Below, one piece after another: positions 12,601 to 26,800 of a DNA stretch of 53,194 bases (its first letter is position 1; each line of letters begins with the position of its first letter). Source of the DNA: Octopus bimaculoides (Eukaryota); the NCBI RefSeq assembly GCF_001194135.2, contig NC_068985.1, positions 25,902,175 through 25,955,368 on the forward strand, in the 5' to 3' direction. The translations under genes and the position numbers were made by a program. The notes beneath the pieces were generated by a model. It was not told the DNA's origin. It was given only the letters and a program-made list of their open reading frames with translations, and ran no database searches.

Positions 12601-15600
12601 GCTACCCTTGTTCAATTCACTGTATTCACCTCTGCACTCATCTCTTCTCTCACTCTCTAATGAACTTATGCATCCACCCTTCCTAAATTTTTGTTCATAT
12701 TCTCTCTTATGCTCACCTTACAGCATTGTCTTTCCAGCCACCCACCTTTATGTGATGCAGGGTAGCCATGTACATATCCTTTGTAGCCAGACAGCTGTCC
12801 CTCTATCAAACATAAACCACTCAACTCTTGTCATAAAGCCACCCCACCCCTATCTGCACAACTTCACTCAGTTGAGGGTCTTTTTCCTTCTCTTGGGAGT
12901 TACTTGGCAACCTCACTATTGTCAATGTCACAAAAAAAAAAGCACTCAGTACACTCTGTAAATTGGTTGGCATCAGGGGAACGGAGGAGGCTTGCAGCCA
13001 TAGAAACCATGCCAAAACAAACATTGGAGCTTGACACAATCATCTGGTTCATTGGATCCTGTCAAACCTTCCAACCTATGCCCGTATGGAAGGCAGTTGT
13101 TAAATCCTGCTGATGATGATATTTAAATATGTCTGTATGTATATGTTTGCATCATCATCATCATCATCATTTAACATATTTTCCATGCTGGCATGGGTTG
13201 GACAGTTTGACAGGAGCTGGCCAGGCTGAAGACTGCACCAGACTTCTGTGTCTGATTTGGCATGGTTTTCACAGCTGGATGCCCTTCATAGTGCCAACCA
13301 CTTTACTGAATGGATTGGGGGCTTTTTATATAACACCAACAGGTTAAATGAAACTTTTAGAGGTAATGTTGCATAGAAGGATACCCTTCATGACACAAAC
13401 CCTGTTAGTTGCCTCTTACAATATGCAGGCATATGGTATATGCATGCTAAAATCGTTACAAGTTAATTTCAAAATTCAAAATTAAGATCCAATCAATATT
13501 TTTTTCCTATTTCAGGATTTCTTTACTTGATCAAAAGTCATATGTCCAAATACCATTTGATTTGTTCTTGAAGACTCGGAGTCATACCAACAATTTCCGT
13601 AAATTCGTAATCAAGAAAGTTTGCTTACCCTTTCTAAGAAATATGTCGAAAATTCCATTTGTTGAATTTCTTAAATCAAATATTCCTGCCATTGTGAACA
13701 TCGTTGAAGCTGAAATCACACAAGTAAGTTCCCTTGATTAATATTTAAAAGTTAAACATTTTATAGGCATAGGTATGGCTGTGTGATTAAGAAACTTGCT
13801 TTGCAACCACGTGGTTTCAGGGTTCAGTCCTGCCGTATGGCAAGTGTCTTCTACAATAGCTTTGGACCAGCTAAAGTAATCCAATTTAGCAAATAATTGC
13901 ATAATGAGTCAAAAACAAGATTCTTTCATCTTTTACTATACACCGTAAATTCAGATGTTGATGTGGGATAAGATGCTTGCTTTCCAACCTCATGGCACCT
14001 TGGGCAAGAGTCTTCTATAACCCTGAGCTGACCTGGGCCTTGTGAGTAGATTTGTGAGATGGAAACTGAAAGAAGCCCATCAAATATGTGGGGGTGGGTT
14101 CTTTGTGTTTGTGTTTCTCCACCACCACCACTTGACAACCAGTGTTGGTTTGTTTACATCCCTGTAACTTAATGGTTCAACAAAAGAGACTGATAGAATA
14201 AGTACCAGGCTTTAACTGCAGTTGATTCATTTGACTGAAACCCTTCAAAGTGGTGCCCCAGCATAAACACAATCTAGTAACTGAAACAAGTGAAAGATAA
14301 AGGATTCATTTTATTCTTTAACATTCAGATTACTCTGTGAAAGTTAATACGTATTAATTCACATTGTTTTGAATTAATCAAACATTATCTTGTAACTTTG
14401 AGATTTCAATTATATCATTGTATATTCTTAGAATGATATTGTAAGGCAGATGTAAGAGGCCTGATTCCGACAGGTTGAACATAGAACAGGTAAAATATTT
14501 GGGCCAGATATGGCCTGTTTAAATACTAAAGGGTTAAAACTGAGTGTCACATCTATATTGGGGTCAGTGTAATTGACTATATATATATATGACCCTCTCC
14601 TTCCTGTGAGTAATTTTGTGCCTTTGTTAAAAATTGTTAAGTCAAATAGAAAGGCAGTGAGCTGCTAGAATCATAAGAGCATCAGACAAAATGCCTGGTG
14701 GTATTTCTGACAAGTTTTTTACATTCTGAGTCCAAATTCTGCTGAGGTGAAATTTGCCTTTCATTTCTTCAAGGTCAGTAAAATAAAATATCAATCAAGT
14801 ATTGGGATCAATAGAACTGATTTGCCCTCTCCCCTCAAACTTGCTGGCATTGTGCCAAAAGAAAAAAAAAGAATTATTAAATCAAATAGAATTTAAAAAA
14901 AAGATAAGGACAATTAGGGTACACAATTTATTGCGGGGTGTACTCCCTCCCCTTACTGCATCTTCTGCTGCTTAATCCCCTGCCCTCTTTGTTTTTATCT
15001 GTTTCCTTGTAATCAAATTGTATTACATTTATATGTAAATTTTAGAAAAATTCTGTGCTGTTGACTCTGCATTGTAACTTATTATAGAACTTTAAAGTTA
15101 TACATCAAATTCAGATTCAGTATAATGCAAAATGCATCATCATCTAAATTGTTTTTTTCTGTATGCAACCCTCTATGTATTTCAGTTGTCAGAAGACCTT
15201 ATGGAACAGCATTTGACTGACAAAATGTGTTGCTTTCAAATTTTGGAAATTATGTACAGAAGTATGGATGTGAAAGAACTGAATGGCCCAGGCTCTGAAG
15301 TAAACTTTGTCTACTGCAAAGCACAAAATATTGAAGCACAAAAGATTGTTGGTAAAGAATTAACCAAAGTCATTACAAGGTAAAAGCACATTCACAATTA
15401 TTATTTTAGTGCTTCAGAATTTTAATATGTTTTCTTTTATCTTTTTTGTTTTTTGTTGTTCTAAAATCACAATAAAACACCCACATCTGTTTTACTGTCA
15501 TTTTACCAAACTGCCTTTAGTTATTTAGTTGTTTCGGTTAGATGCTCTTCCTGCTATTAACTACCAAACCATAAATTCACTCCTGCCAGTTAGGCACTTT

Positions 15601-15814
15601 GAAGCTCATAGAATATTTTGCTTTACCAGCTGAATTTTTGAGAAGTTCACTTTGCAACCAAGTAGTTTCAGATTCAGTCCTTCTGTGTGGCACATTGAGC
15701 AAGTGTCTTCTACTATAGCCCTGGTGTAACCAATGCCTTATAAGTGAATTTAGTAGATGAAAACTTCACAAAGCCCATATGCGTGGAATAAATAAATATT
15801 ACATTTGACAGAAT

Positions 15815-15845
<31 letters not shown>

Positions 15846-18800
15846 GTTTAACGTCCGCTTTCCATGCTAGCATGGGTTGGACGATTTGACTGAGGACTGG
15901 TGAAACCGGNNNNNNNNNNGGTTGGACGATTTGACTGAGGACTGGTGAAACCGGATGGCAACACCAGGCTCCAGTCTGATTTGGCAGAGTTTCTACAGCT
16001 GGATGCCCTTCCTGTATGCTAAAGAGTTGAATAGCTTGCAATAGTGAGCTCAAATCCTTTTATAGGTTACAAGGGTGAAAGGAAGTATTAGAAGTTTAGT
16101 AATATAATTAATTATTTGAGTCATGCCAAACAAAATCGAGTGTATTTCGCTGAATCTTCTTGGATTTATGGTAGTCAAAAATCAACCATTATGATATACA
16201 TCTATTGCTTCAAATACTGTTATTTACTGATATATATTATGCTGATAATCATTAATCAATTTTTCACTATTTTTCAGGATTGCTCATCAAACAAAAAAAG
16301 AAGACATGCGTGGAGAAACTTTATATTTGGAACTTCATCGACAAGTACACTGTGCAGCCTATAACTTGCTTATAGCTATCATTTCTTGTACTCAAACAGA
16401 TCTCAAGTTTTACAATGTTTTTCTGTTTGCTGAAAATGAAGAGAAAGTAAATATTAATATTTGTCTATAGCTAATACCAATAAAAGATTCATCAAGTTAT
16501 TTTACCTTCTTTGTGAGTTGTTAGGAGTTGAAAGTTTAAGCAGCTCAGTTTGCATTTTTTCCAATAGTTATATGACTTTCTTCTTGTTGTTGCCTTCATC
16601 TTCATTACACATTTGTTTTTTCCATTATCGCATGGTTTAGATGGGTCTTGCTACTGCTCTTAGTCTTTATCATCTAGCACACATCAGCAGAGAAAGACTT
16701 ATTGCAATCATCATTATTTTTGAGATTAACTATTACTAGACTAGTAAGTATTGATCAGACCATTAATTTCATACTTGTGGTTTTATTTGCACTGACATCC
16801 AGAATATAAAGACGGAAGGAATGCCTCCAAGCATTTTGGCTGGCATGCTAATGATTCTGCCTGCTCACTACCTTTAAAGTCAACCTTGGTGGCATTTGAA
16901 CCCAGAACATAAAAACAGAAGAGATGTCATTAAGCATTTTGCAGAGCATGTTAATGGTTCTACCAGCTCGCTAATAAAGCCAATGTTGAATGCAGAAAGC
17001 TCTGTGTTCTGAAAAACAACTGTCCCATGTTCACATACCTGCCTAATAATTGGAACTGATATAGGATAAAGAAAGCTCAAATCTACCATCTTGCTTTGTT
17101 GTAGCAGTTAATAAAGGTGCGGGAAGCCTGTTCTAAAAGAGAAATTTACCATAATCTTATGAAATAAAGTGAATACAATCAGTACATGTGAAAGATTCGC
17201 ATTCTAAACCCATCCAAATGATGTAGAAAATATTAATAGTACAAAAGTTATAATTTTGTTTATGGAAAACATCAAACCTGCTGAGATTTTAAGAATTTCT
17301 CTTGAAATATTTATATTGATGAAAATATGCTTGTTTTCTTTCTTTTTCTTTTTAGAAAGAATTTCTATTGGACAATGTCATTGATAAAGAAAAAAAATAT
17401 TCTTTTCCTATTGTATTTGAGGTAAATGTTTATAACTTGCAGTTTTTAATCATTTGTGAAAACAGTCTATAACATTAAAAAAAATTTTCTTTTTGAAGAT
17501 TTGTATATTTATAAGTGTGTTTCCCTGTGATGTATGTATGTGTGTGTAAATATAAAAATCTCTTAAAATAATCTATATAAATGAGGGTGTATATGGTTAT
17601 GTGTGTGTTTATCCCCAAAAGGGGTGAAAGCATGGTGCTTAGTAGTTAGGATATTCAGCTCATAATCATAAGGTTGTGAGTTCAAAAACTGATGGCACAT
17701 TGTGTCCTTGAGTACAACACTTTATTTCACATTACTCCAATCCACTCAGCTAGCAAAAATTGAGCAGTACCTATAATTCAAAGGGCCAGCCTTGTCACAC
17801 TGAATGTCCCTGAGAACAACATTAAGAGTATGTGTATCTGTGGAGTGCTCGGCCACTTGCACATTGATTTCACAAGCATGCTGTTCTGTTGACTGGATCA
17901 ACTGGAACCTTCGTCGTCATAGCCAATAGAGTGCTAGTTATCCCTGAAAGACTCTGAAATGGTGCATCCTTGAGAAAAATGAATTTGTATGTGTATATAT
18001 ATATATATATATCAAGCTGAACAAGATTGTATTTAACCACACCGATCTGGAAGGGCCTGCTAAGGTTATGAGTACCACCTTTCCTTAAAAGTAAGCATGC
18101 AGTGATTATACATAGATATTTAAAAAATCACTGATTACATATAGAAAAAAATTAACTTTGAATGACAATACTTTGTATTTGAGCATATACAGTATATTTA
18201 TGCAAATTGAATCAGATTATCATCTCAACTAAAGTTAATGTAAGTTCTTGTAGTATTGCAGAAATTAAAAGAGCTTAGTAAATAGTTCTTTCTTCCTTTC
18301 TTAACAGATGCAGCCAAAAAAGGAAACTATTTTCCTCACACTTCAGAAAGAAATAAAGCAGAAAGTTGTGGCGGATGCTAGTCAATCTGCCTCTTATCAT
18401 CTCAGTTCAGTGTATTTAGAAAAAAGCAGTTTGAGTGTTGATATTGGTCGATATGATTATCTCTCATCAAATGTTGAACATCAAGTAAGTTGATTACACA
18501 TGTTCTCATATATTTCATATTTTGATAATAATAATAACGATGATGATAATAATAATAATGATGATAATGATAATAATAATAACTTATCGGTTAAGATGCG
18601 GAAATAATTGATACATATGTGATGGTAATGTAAACAAAAGTGGTAATTCTTACATTAAATTTTATTCTTGCACTGGTAAATTTTCTGGGTAGAGGTTTGC
18701 TTGTGGTAGATTGGTTAGTTTCTTGGGTAATGAGGGCAGGCTGAGTATTATTTAGGTGCGGGTTTCTTAGTTTAATTAAGCACACTTATATATATGCTTG

Positions 18801-21800
18801 TGCATTCATTTGTATATACATATGTGTGTCTGTATATATATATATATATGTATACACACATACACATTATATATCACCATCATACCATCATCATTTTTAT
18901 ATATACTTTCCATACTAGCAAGTGTAGGATAGCTTGATACAGTCCTATTCAGTTCTTAATGGGAACCAATGCCCTCATAGAATAATACACTTGCATTTCA
19001 TTTTTGGCTTTCAGTTACCAACCATTTTAGAGAATGTAGAAAGCAATGTTATGGCACCAGCAAAAGAGTGGTTTCCAAGCTCTTGGCAGGGCAAGAACAA
19101 TGGGTACTAAATGGTTCTCTCTACCCTTGTCTTTCTCTACAGAATGTACTCGTTGCATTCTATTGTGATTCAAATATGAGAACTGTAGTAACTTTGGATA
19201 GTGAAGAGTAAAGAGTACTCACTGCCTTAAGACATGTGTCACTAAAAGTAACCTGGGGTAGTCTTCTACCTGGCCAATTCCTGTCAACTATCCTGCCCAT
19301 GCAGGCATCAAAGATGGACATTAAACGACAATGACGATGGTATATTTATATATATATTAACCATGTGTTTTGTTAGAAGCACTGAATGTGTATCATATAA
19401 TGCAGACAAGAAAGTGATATTTTTGAATGCAGTATTGCTGTTAAAACAGCAAAACAATTGGGCAATATTACCCTTACAAGGCAGGAATAGTTGTCAACAA
19501 ACAGCCATTATGCATTACTTTTATATTACTAATTTTCTATTATACATTACTTGTTTTCTTTTACAGGAGATTCCTTCAATTTCTGAAGAAGAAAATTCTG
19601 CAAATTCCTCAGCCATATCTGAAGAAAAAGTAATAACAATGTGATATTTTTCAAATGTTTCAGTTATGTTGGTTTTTTACTTAAATATTATTTCTTCCGA
19701 AGGCTGTGTGTTAACTTTGTAGCAAGTTGCTGGGTTTTGTATCAGAGAATGCAAAGTATCTTGCCAGTATGTGTTTTCTAGCAGTAATGACCTGAAATCC
19801 ATTTGGGTCATTCAGGTACAATTGGACACTCAGGTAGTCAAGTAAGAGAGAATAAACTAATATAGTTTTGCAATTCCTTTTCATGGGACCATGGGAAGAT
19901 TTGAACTCAGCTCTATTTGGTAATAAAATACTTCTTAGTTATATTGTGCTCCCAACTGGCTACAAGAATAATTTGTACCAACTTATAATAACAAATTACA
20001 GCTAGACTATTACATTGTGCAGTGCCAGTTATGAGATATGAATTTTTGATTCTTTAGCTATTATTTTGACTCACCTTTCTGTGACATTCAGATGTGCTCA
20101 AATGATGTTAAAAGCTGAATTTATTGCTAAGGAAATTTTCAGCTGATAGAGCCAGAGTCAATTATATAATTAAAAATGCAATTCAACATGGACATTCTGA
20201 CAATCGTAGCTGTCCTTACCATCCCTCTAATAAATTAGGTATATATATCACAAAATCAGTTAATGGTTAATGCATTTCAAATTGTATATGTCATGTAAAA
20301 TTTTCTGAATCGTTGCTAAGTGTTTGACTACTTTTACTGATCAGAACTGACTGAAACAACTCTGTACCAACTGTATATTAACTATTTAAGCAATTCATAT
20401 ATTTCAGCCTTTAACATGATGAACTTCTGTTTTTGATCTCCAGTTCATGTGATAGTATGGACTGGAGATATAATAGTCATTTTTATCATACCATATGATA
20501 GTAATTTTAAAAATTTTTAATGGCTTAGCCAGAAGAGGGCTTCCAAAACTGGTGAGAGGCCAGAAGTTAAAGACTTGGTCTGAATGCTTACAACAGTGAG
20601 GAATTCACTATAAGTACCCAAGCTAATATATCTTATCTTAAAACTAAATCTATGACAATTATTCCACTACCTTTGCAATCATGCTGGAAACTTCTTTTTA
20701 TCATTTTCACCTCAGGGACTACATCATACTTTGAAGTAAATCTTAGTCATAAAACTTCCCTCCATTAGTTACTAATAGGGATATACAGTACTAAATGAAT
20801 ACAAATAATATTAAAATTTTAATGAAGATTTTAAAATCTACCACTAAAACCTAAAGAGAAATGGATCGATTAAATCTGATTTGTTGTAAGAGAATTTAAA
20901 GTATATTCTATAATTAGAGATGATAAAAGAATACCATTGAGGACTTGGCACAACAGCTCCTGTTTGCATAAGATAAAATTGATGTGATATTGGGATTTAA
21001 GACCAACATAGTCATATTACTGAAGACTCAGTCTTTAGATTTACTTCTCCCACTTTCGGCCAAATTTTGATCTCTGGGATGAGAATATAAATGAATTAAA
21101 AACAGAATTATATTAATACAGTGGAGGTTATATTGTGGTTATTTATCATATTTCATATTTTTGCTAGGTTTACTATATGCATGAGTCAATTCTCATTCAA
21201 TTGACTAGGAGTTTTATTTCAAGAATCATTGTCTATCTATTGTTGTAACAGTTCTTGAGTTTTATCGTGATAGTTAATTACAACTCCAAATATTATTACT
21301 TTCAGACAAGAGGTTATGCTCTTGAAATGGATGAAATTAATCAAAGTGAATGCATGTTACCTGTGGTAGCTGTTCTAAAACATATGTACCAGCAGAATAT
21401 CACTCCTAAAGAAAACGCAGTATGTATTTTATATTTTTAAAAAAGTCAATTGTTTGATACAAGATCAGCTTTATCTCTCATAACCTGTGACTGAGCATTT
21501 TTACTATATATTTCTATATTTCTAGACTATTTCCTTTTGATGGCAATCCATATGAACAATAAACATTAGATTAGAGGGAATCTCTACATGAGCAAAGGGG
21601 AGAGACTCAACACAGTTGCACGACCTGCTAGAAATAGCAGTGAAATCCATTTCAAATTACACCCTGTCATTTTAAGAAAAGACATTAGATAGTGTATGTC
21701 TTTAAAAAAAGACTAGATGGTCACTGGCAGAATAACTTTCCCCATAGGTCTGCTCAGTCAAGACAGGCTTAGAGATTAACATCAACAAACAACAAGCTAT

Positions 21801-23775
21801 AACTCACATTAGGAATACAAGACCTGTCGGGATGGGCTCAAGTTGTGTTAAAAGTTCCAGTTATGGATGTTTTCATCTCAACTCTATTCATTTTGGTTAT
21901 TGAAGCCATTATAAAAAAATTAAGAATTAGATGCTTGTAAGAAACCCTGTATACAGTGACTTATTTCTAACCTGTTTTTAATAGGGATGCAAATAAGATT
22001 TCCAATCTTGTTTTTTGTTCATATTTTTACTGAACATACTTATAGAAAAAATTTTCTTACAGAGCTTCTACTATAATATATAGTAATATTGTATATTAGT
22101 AATGTAAACACAGAGATTATGCAAACTGAATCTTTGATAATAATTTTATATTTTGGCGAAAGCGAAAAAGCAAAATTGTGACGGCATCTGTGCCCAGCGT
22201 CACCTTCCTGGCACGTGTAAAGACATTCGAGTGAGATCGTTACTAGTGCCGCTGGACTGGCTCCTGTGCAGGTGGCACATAAAATACACCATTTTGAGCG
22301 TGGCCATTGCCAGTACCGCCTGACTGGCCTTCGTGCCAGTGGCACATAAAAGCACCCACTACACTCTCGGAGTGGTTGGCGTTAGGAAGGGCATCCAGCT
22401 GTAGAAACTCAAATCATCCAACCCATGCTAGCATGGAAAGCGGACGTTGAACGATGAGGATGATGATGAAAAATATATTTTATACATAACAAAATTAATA
22501 TCTCCAGTACAACTTGTTAAACATTGTCCAGCTTATGTTTATTATATTATAAATTAAAATATTCTTTAATTGTCTCTACAGTTGTTGGTCCCAAAGTCAA
22601 GATTATAGTGTTCTCAGGTTGGAAGTGAGATTACTTGAAGAAGCATTCTGAGTGAAAGTATTCATAAAGGCCTATTGGATGCATTGATATCTATTTGAAA
22701 TTTGTTGCATTCTTTTTTTTAATGTTGATACATGACCCATGCTGGTGACACATAAAAGGCACCTGTGCCAGTGACATGTAAAAGCACTCGTGCCAGTGAC
22801 CCTGTACATACTGTGGAGTGGTTGGCATTAAGAAGGGCATCCAGCCATAGAATCCAAGCAACAACAAACTGGAGCCTGGTGCAGCTCTCTGGTTTACTAA
22901 CTCCAGTCAAACCATCTTACCCATGCCAGCATGGAAAACAGATGCTAAATGATGATGATGACGATGATAACCCGCTCTTCTAAGGTTTACTATAAAGGGC
23001 ATTGTCATGTGGTATGTAATAAAGAGAATGGAGAACTAGAAACTTTTAGGAATTGCTCATCATAAATACAATGTTTAGTTTGGTATGTTATATCATCATC
23101 ATCATCATCATTGTTTAACGTCCGCTTTCCATGCTAGCATGAGTTGGACGATTTGGCTGAGGACTGGTGAAACCAGTTGGCTAGACCAGGCTTCAATCTG
23201 ATTTGGCAGAGTTTCTACGGTTGGATGCCCTTCCTAACGCCAACCACTCAGAGAGTGTAGTGGGTGCTTTTACGTGCCACCGAAACGAGGGCCAGTCAGG
23301 AGGTACTGGCAATGGCCTCACTCAAAATGGTGTATTATTATTGAATATATTGTCAGCATTTATGTCTATTGAATTTTCTTTATTTATTTTGTAGGAGATG
23401 CCTCCTTGGATGTATTACCTTCATAAAAAATTTACTGCATCTTCAACACACCTAAATATAAAACTGTTTATTGCTAAGCTAATTGTTAATACTGCTGAGG
23501 TAAGTTGTGTTAAATGCAATATAATGTTTTAAAGTTAATGGGAATAATAGATGAATATATATTTTTTAAATTTCTTTAGAATATATTAAAATTATTTCCA
23601 ATATTCATGATTATGTAGTCACAGGTATTCAATCATCACTTTAAATTAATGGAAATGAAAATAAATGCCTAGTTTCTTTCCAGTTGATTACAATATAAAA
23701 AGCTATATCATGTATTTAGTTCAAAACAGTTTGGAATTGTGATTAAGTATATCAAATGCGTGTACGCACATACAT

Positions 23776-23816
<41 letters not shown>

Positions 23817-26800
23817 TACATACACACATACATACACACATACACACATACATACATACATACATACATACATACATACATACATACATACATACATACA
23901 TACATACATACGTATGTATGGTTTTTTCAAAATATGAATATCACTAAGATCTGCTTATGATTATGTATTTTCCATCAATGCAGTTTTCTAAATTGGTTCA
24001 CTACCTTTCAGTTTGTATTTATTACGAATTTATCATTTAATGATTATTTCAGATTTTTGAAAAATATGCTTCATTTTGGGTGTTGCCTCTCTCTGAATTC
24101 ATTATCTGTGGAAATTTTGAAGAAAAAGGCATCAATTATTTTGTTCTTGATATTATTGTGATGATTCTGAGCTGGGGTGAAAATTCAATTCCTCGTGTAA
24201 GTAGTTCTTAGTTTTCAAACTGTACATACTTCTCTGATAATGATGCAAAATACTGTCTGCCTGAGACCCCTGTATCTCAGTTTACATTTGCTCTGCGTAG
24301 ACATATTATACCTTTTTGGAATCAGGATGACCTTGGGATTGAAAATCTGCCCTTCATTTGGTTCTTGAACATCTAGCATTGAGATCTGATTTAAAAGCAT
24401 TTGGATTGCTATTTCTAGCAGGTAAAGCTTAGCTGATTCATGCCATCTTGGTTGGCATTTGTCAGATACTGTCATAGATCAAGAGGGAGATAAATGACAT
24501 ATACTTCATTAATTTTATGTCAGGATAAGAACTTTGAGACAAATTGGCCAACAGTTGGAATTCAAATTGTGACTGAAACAATGGAATTAATTCTCACCCA
24601 TCCTTAACCCCTGATCAAACATCACCGGCTTCTGAGCTAGTGATATAAAAATGGCTTTTACAAAATAAGTTTCACATATAAAGCCTTGTATGCGTTTAAA
24701 GATTTCAGTAAGGAAAGAAGATTGGTGTGAGATATAGACATTACAAATTGCATATGAGAGAAATAATAAGGTGGCTTACGAGTAGCTCATTAATGACAGC
24801 TGGTGCAAAAGTCTATCACTTGTGAAATTGAAATAAATGTAAACTAAGTGAATATTACTGAAGACATGCTTGACTCAATATTCTGTCGTTCAGGCAGGTG
24901 ACACACCAATATCCTCTAGGCAAGACACTTATAGCAATCTCGGTAACTTTTCTTCTTTTTTTTTTTCATAAGAATCTATTGAAATTAAACATTTCAGTAA
25001 ATGAATGGTTCATCACTTTTATAGTATTGTCATTGTATTGTGAGGAATTATATCACTTTGAAATACTTAACATTCAGAGCAGCCTTTACATGGCCATTTA
25101 GCCTGGAGAAAAAGCAGTTACATATCTTGCCAGTTACATTACTACTGTTACTGAAAAGGAAGGGCACTGGATAATATAATAGACTTTGCCTGTGAAAACA
25201 TGGTGGTCATGATTAGAGTGCCTTTAAACATAGGTCTCCTCAACTAGCACTGACCTAGAGCTAAGCAATAGCTATAACAACTTACTTAGCACTTAATAAG
25301 ATAGAAACTGCCATCCTTTCAGCTGGTTGTCTGACAACCTGTTCACTCCATCATCTTTGTTCTTGAAGCAAATTCTTAACCATAAAGTGTTAACAATATT
25401 TATTCCATTTTAGGCTAGATTTTTTTTTTATCATAATTTAGAAAAATATCAGAAAATGTTTTATAAATATTTAAAATTTAACAATATTTTTTATCAATAC
25501 ATGTTACTTCTCAACAAAAAGGCAAGATGAATGCCAGTTCCAAGATGAAACTTTATTTGGTACATTTAGCCAACTTTTGTTTGAAAATTGCACTGATGTG
25601 CATATAAAATCCATGGAAAAATTTGCAGCAGCAAAAATATTAGAATTGTAAAGATATTGGAAAAGGAATTAAAATCAAGAGTGTTAGTGAGAGAGTGTAG
25701 AATATAAGGCAAAATGGAGAAGACTGTCATATGGTCCTCAAAGCCAATCCCTTGCTTTAACATGGTAAAATCATCTTAAAACACATGATGTTCCTACTTT
25801 ATAGTTGAGGTTAATACTCTGAAAATTTATAATCATGTTACCAGCAACTCAAATCAGACTTTTAACATTTAATCTCTTAATATTTTATTTTGACTTTTCA
25901 GGGTCAAAAAATATGTGCCAGTTAAGCACAGAGGTCAATGTAATTTACTTAGCCCCTCCCCTGAAATTGCTGGTCATGAGCCAAAATTTGAAAGCAATAT
26001 TTTTGTTTTGATTATTTTTTATAGTGTGTTATATATTTGTTTTATCTGAACTAATTTATTAGTTCCTCTTTTCTTTTTTTATTGTGTCTGAGGAGAGTTT
26101 TACATTTTCTTTTATTTCTTTTCAATTTTCTTTTAATAATCAGGATACTTCAAAAGAACGTTATGTGGCATCTAGTTTGGTGCAGTTTATCATCAGGAAT
26201 ATTTATAATGCAAACCGGACAATATTTCGAAATAATCTTAAACTGCTGGAAGCTTTGGTAGGACTCTGGAAAGCTAGAATAGATATCCCATATAAGTAAG
26301 TTTTTCTTCTTTCATTAGAAATATATACATCTTTGGATTTGTTAGAATGCACATGGAATCATAAATACTGGTTATTTATCTTACTGTTATATTAATATTT
26401 TACACTATGTGTATATGTTTGTATCATCATCATCATCATCATCTAACATCCATGTTCCATGCAGGAAGCAATGGAGCCAAGGACTGCATTGTGATCTTGT
26501 GTCTGCTTTGACATGTTTCTACAGCTGGATGGCTTTCTTAATGCCAACCACTTTACACACTACATATTGTGAATGGTTCATTTTTTTCTTCTGTATAATA
26601 AAATAAAAATTTAAATATGTTCTTTCCTTTTTCTCTACTTCTAAAAGTCTAAGGCTTCAAGCTTGTGTGAGAAAACCAGTACCAACTTCACTCAACCACA
26701 CTACAGCTCTGTTTTATTAGGGAAGTTTACAAGTTTATGTATACTGTTCTTTGAGTTATGTATTTTTGCTTTATTATTTAAGATTTGAACATTATTTTGT

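Noticed and set aside
20436-20469. 13-bp-stem hairpin ATCTCCAGTTCAT/ATGGACTGGAGAT
   Set aside because: Isolated and short, with no recognisable family context; plausible by chance in 53 kb.
23708-23960. Stacked ORFs such as MYVCMYVC and THTHTH (also 29363-30046 and 31746-31943)
   Set aside because: Translations of (CA)n, (TACA)n and (TA)n microsatellites.
24215-24475. Nested antisense gene (86-aa ORF)
   Set aside because: No recognisable motif and no supporting splice structure; it overlaps a fragment of an interspersed repeat.
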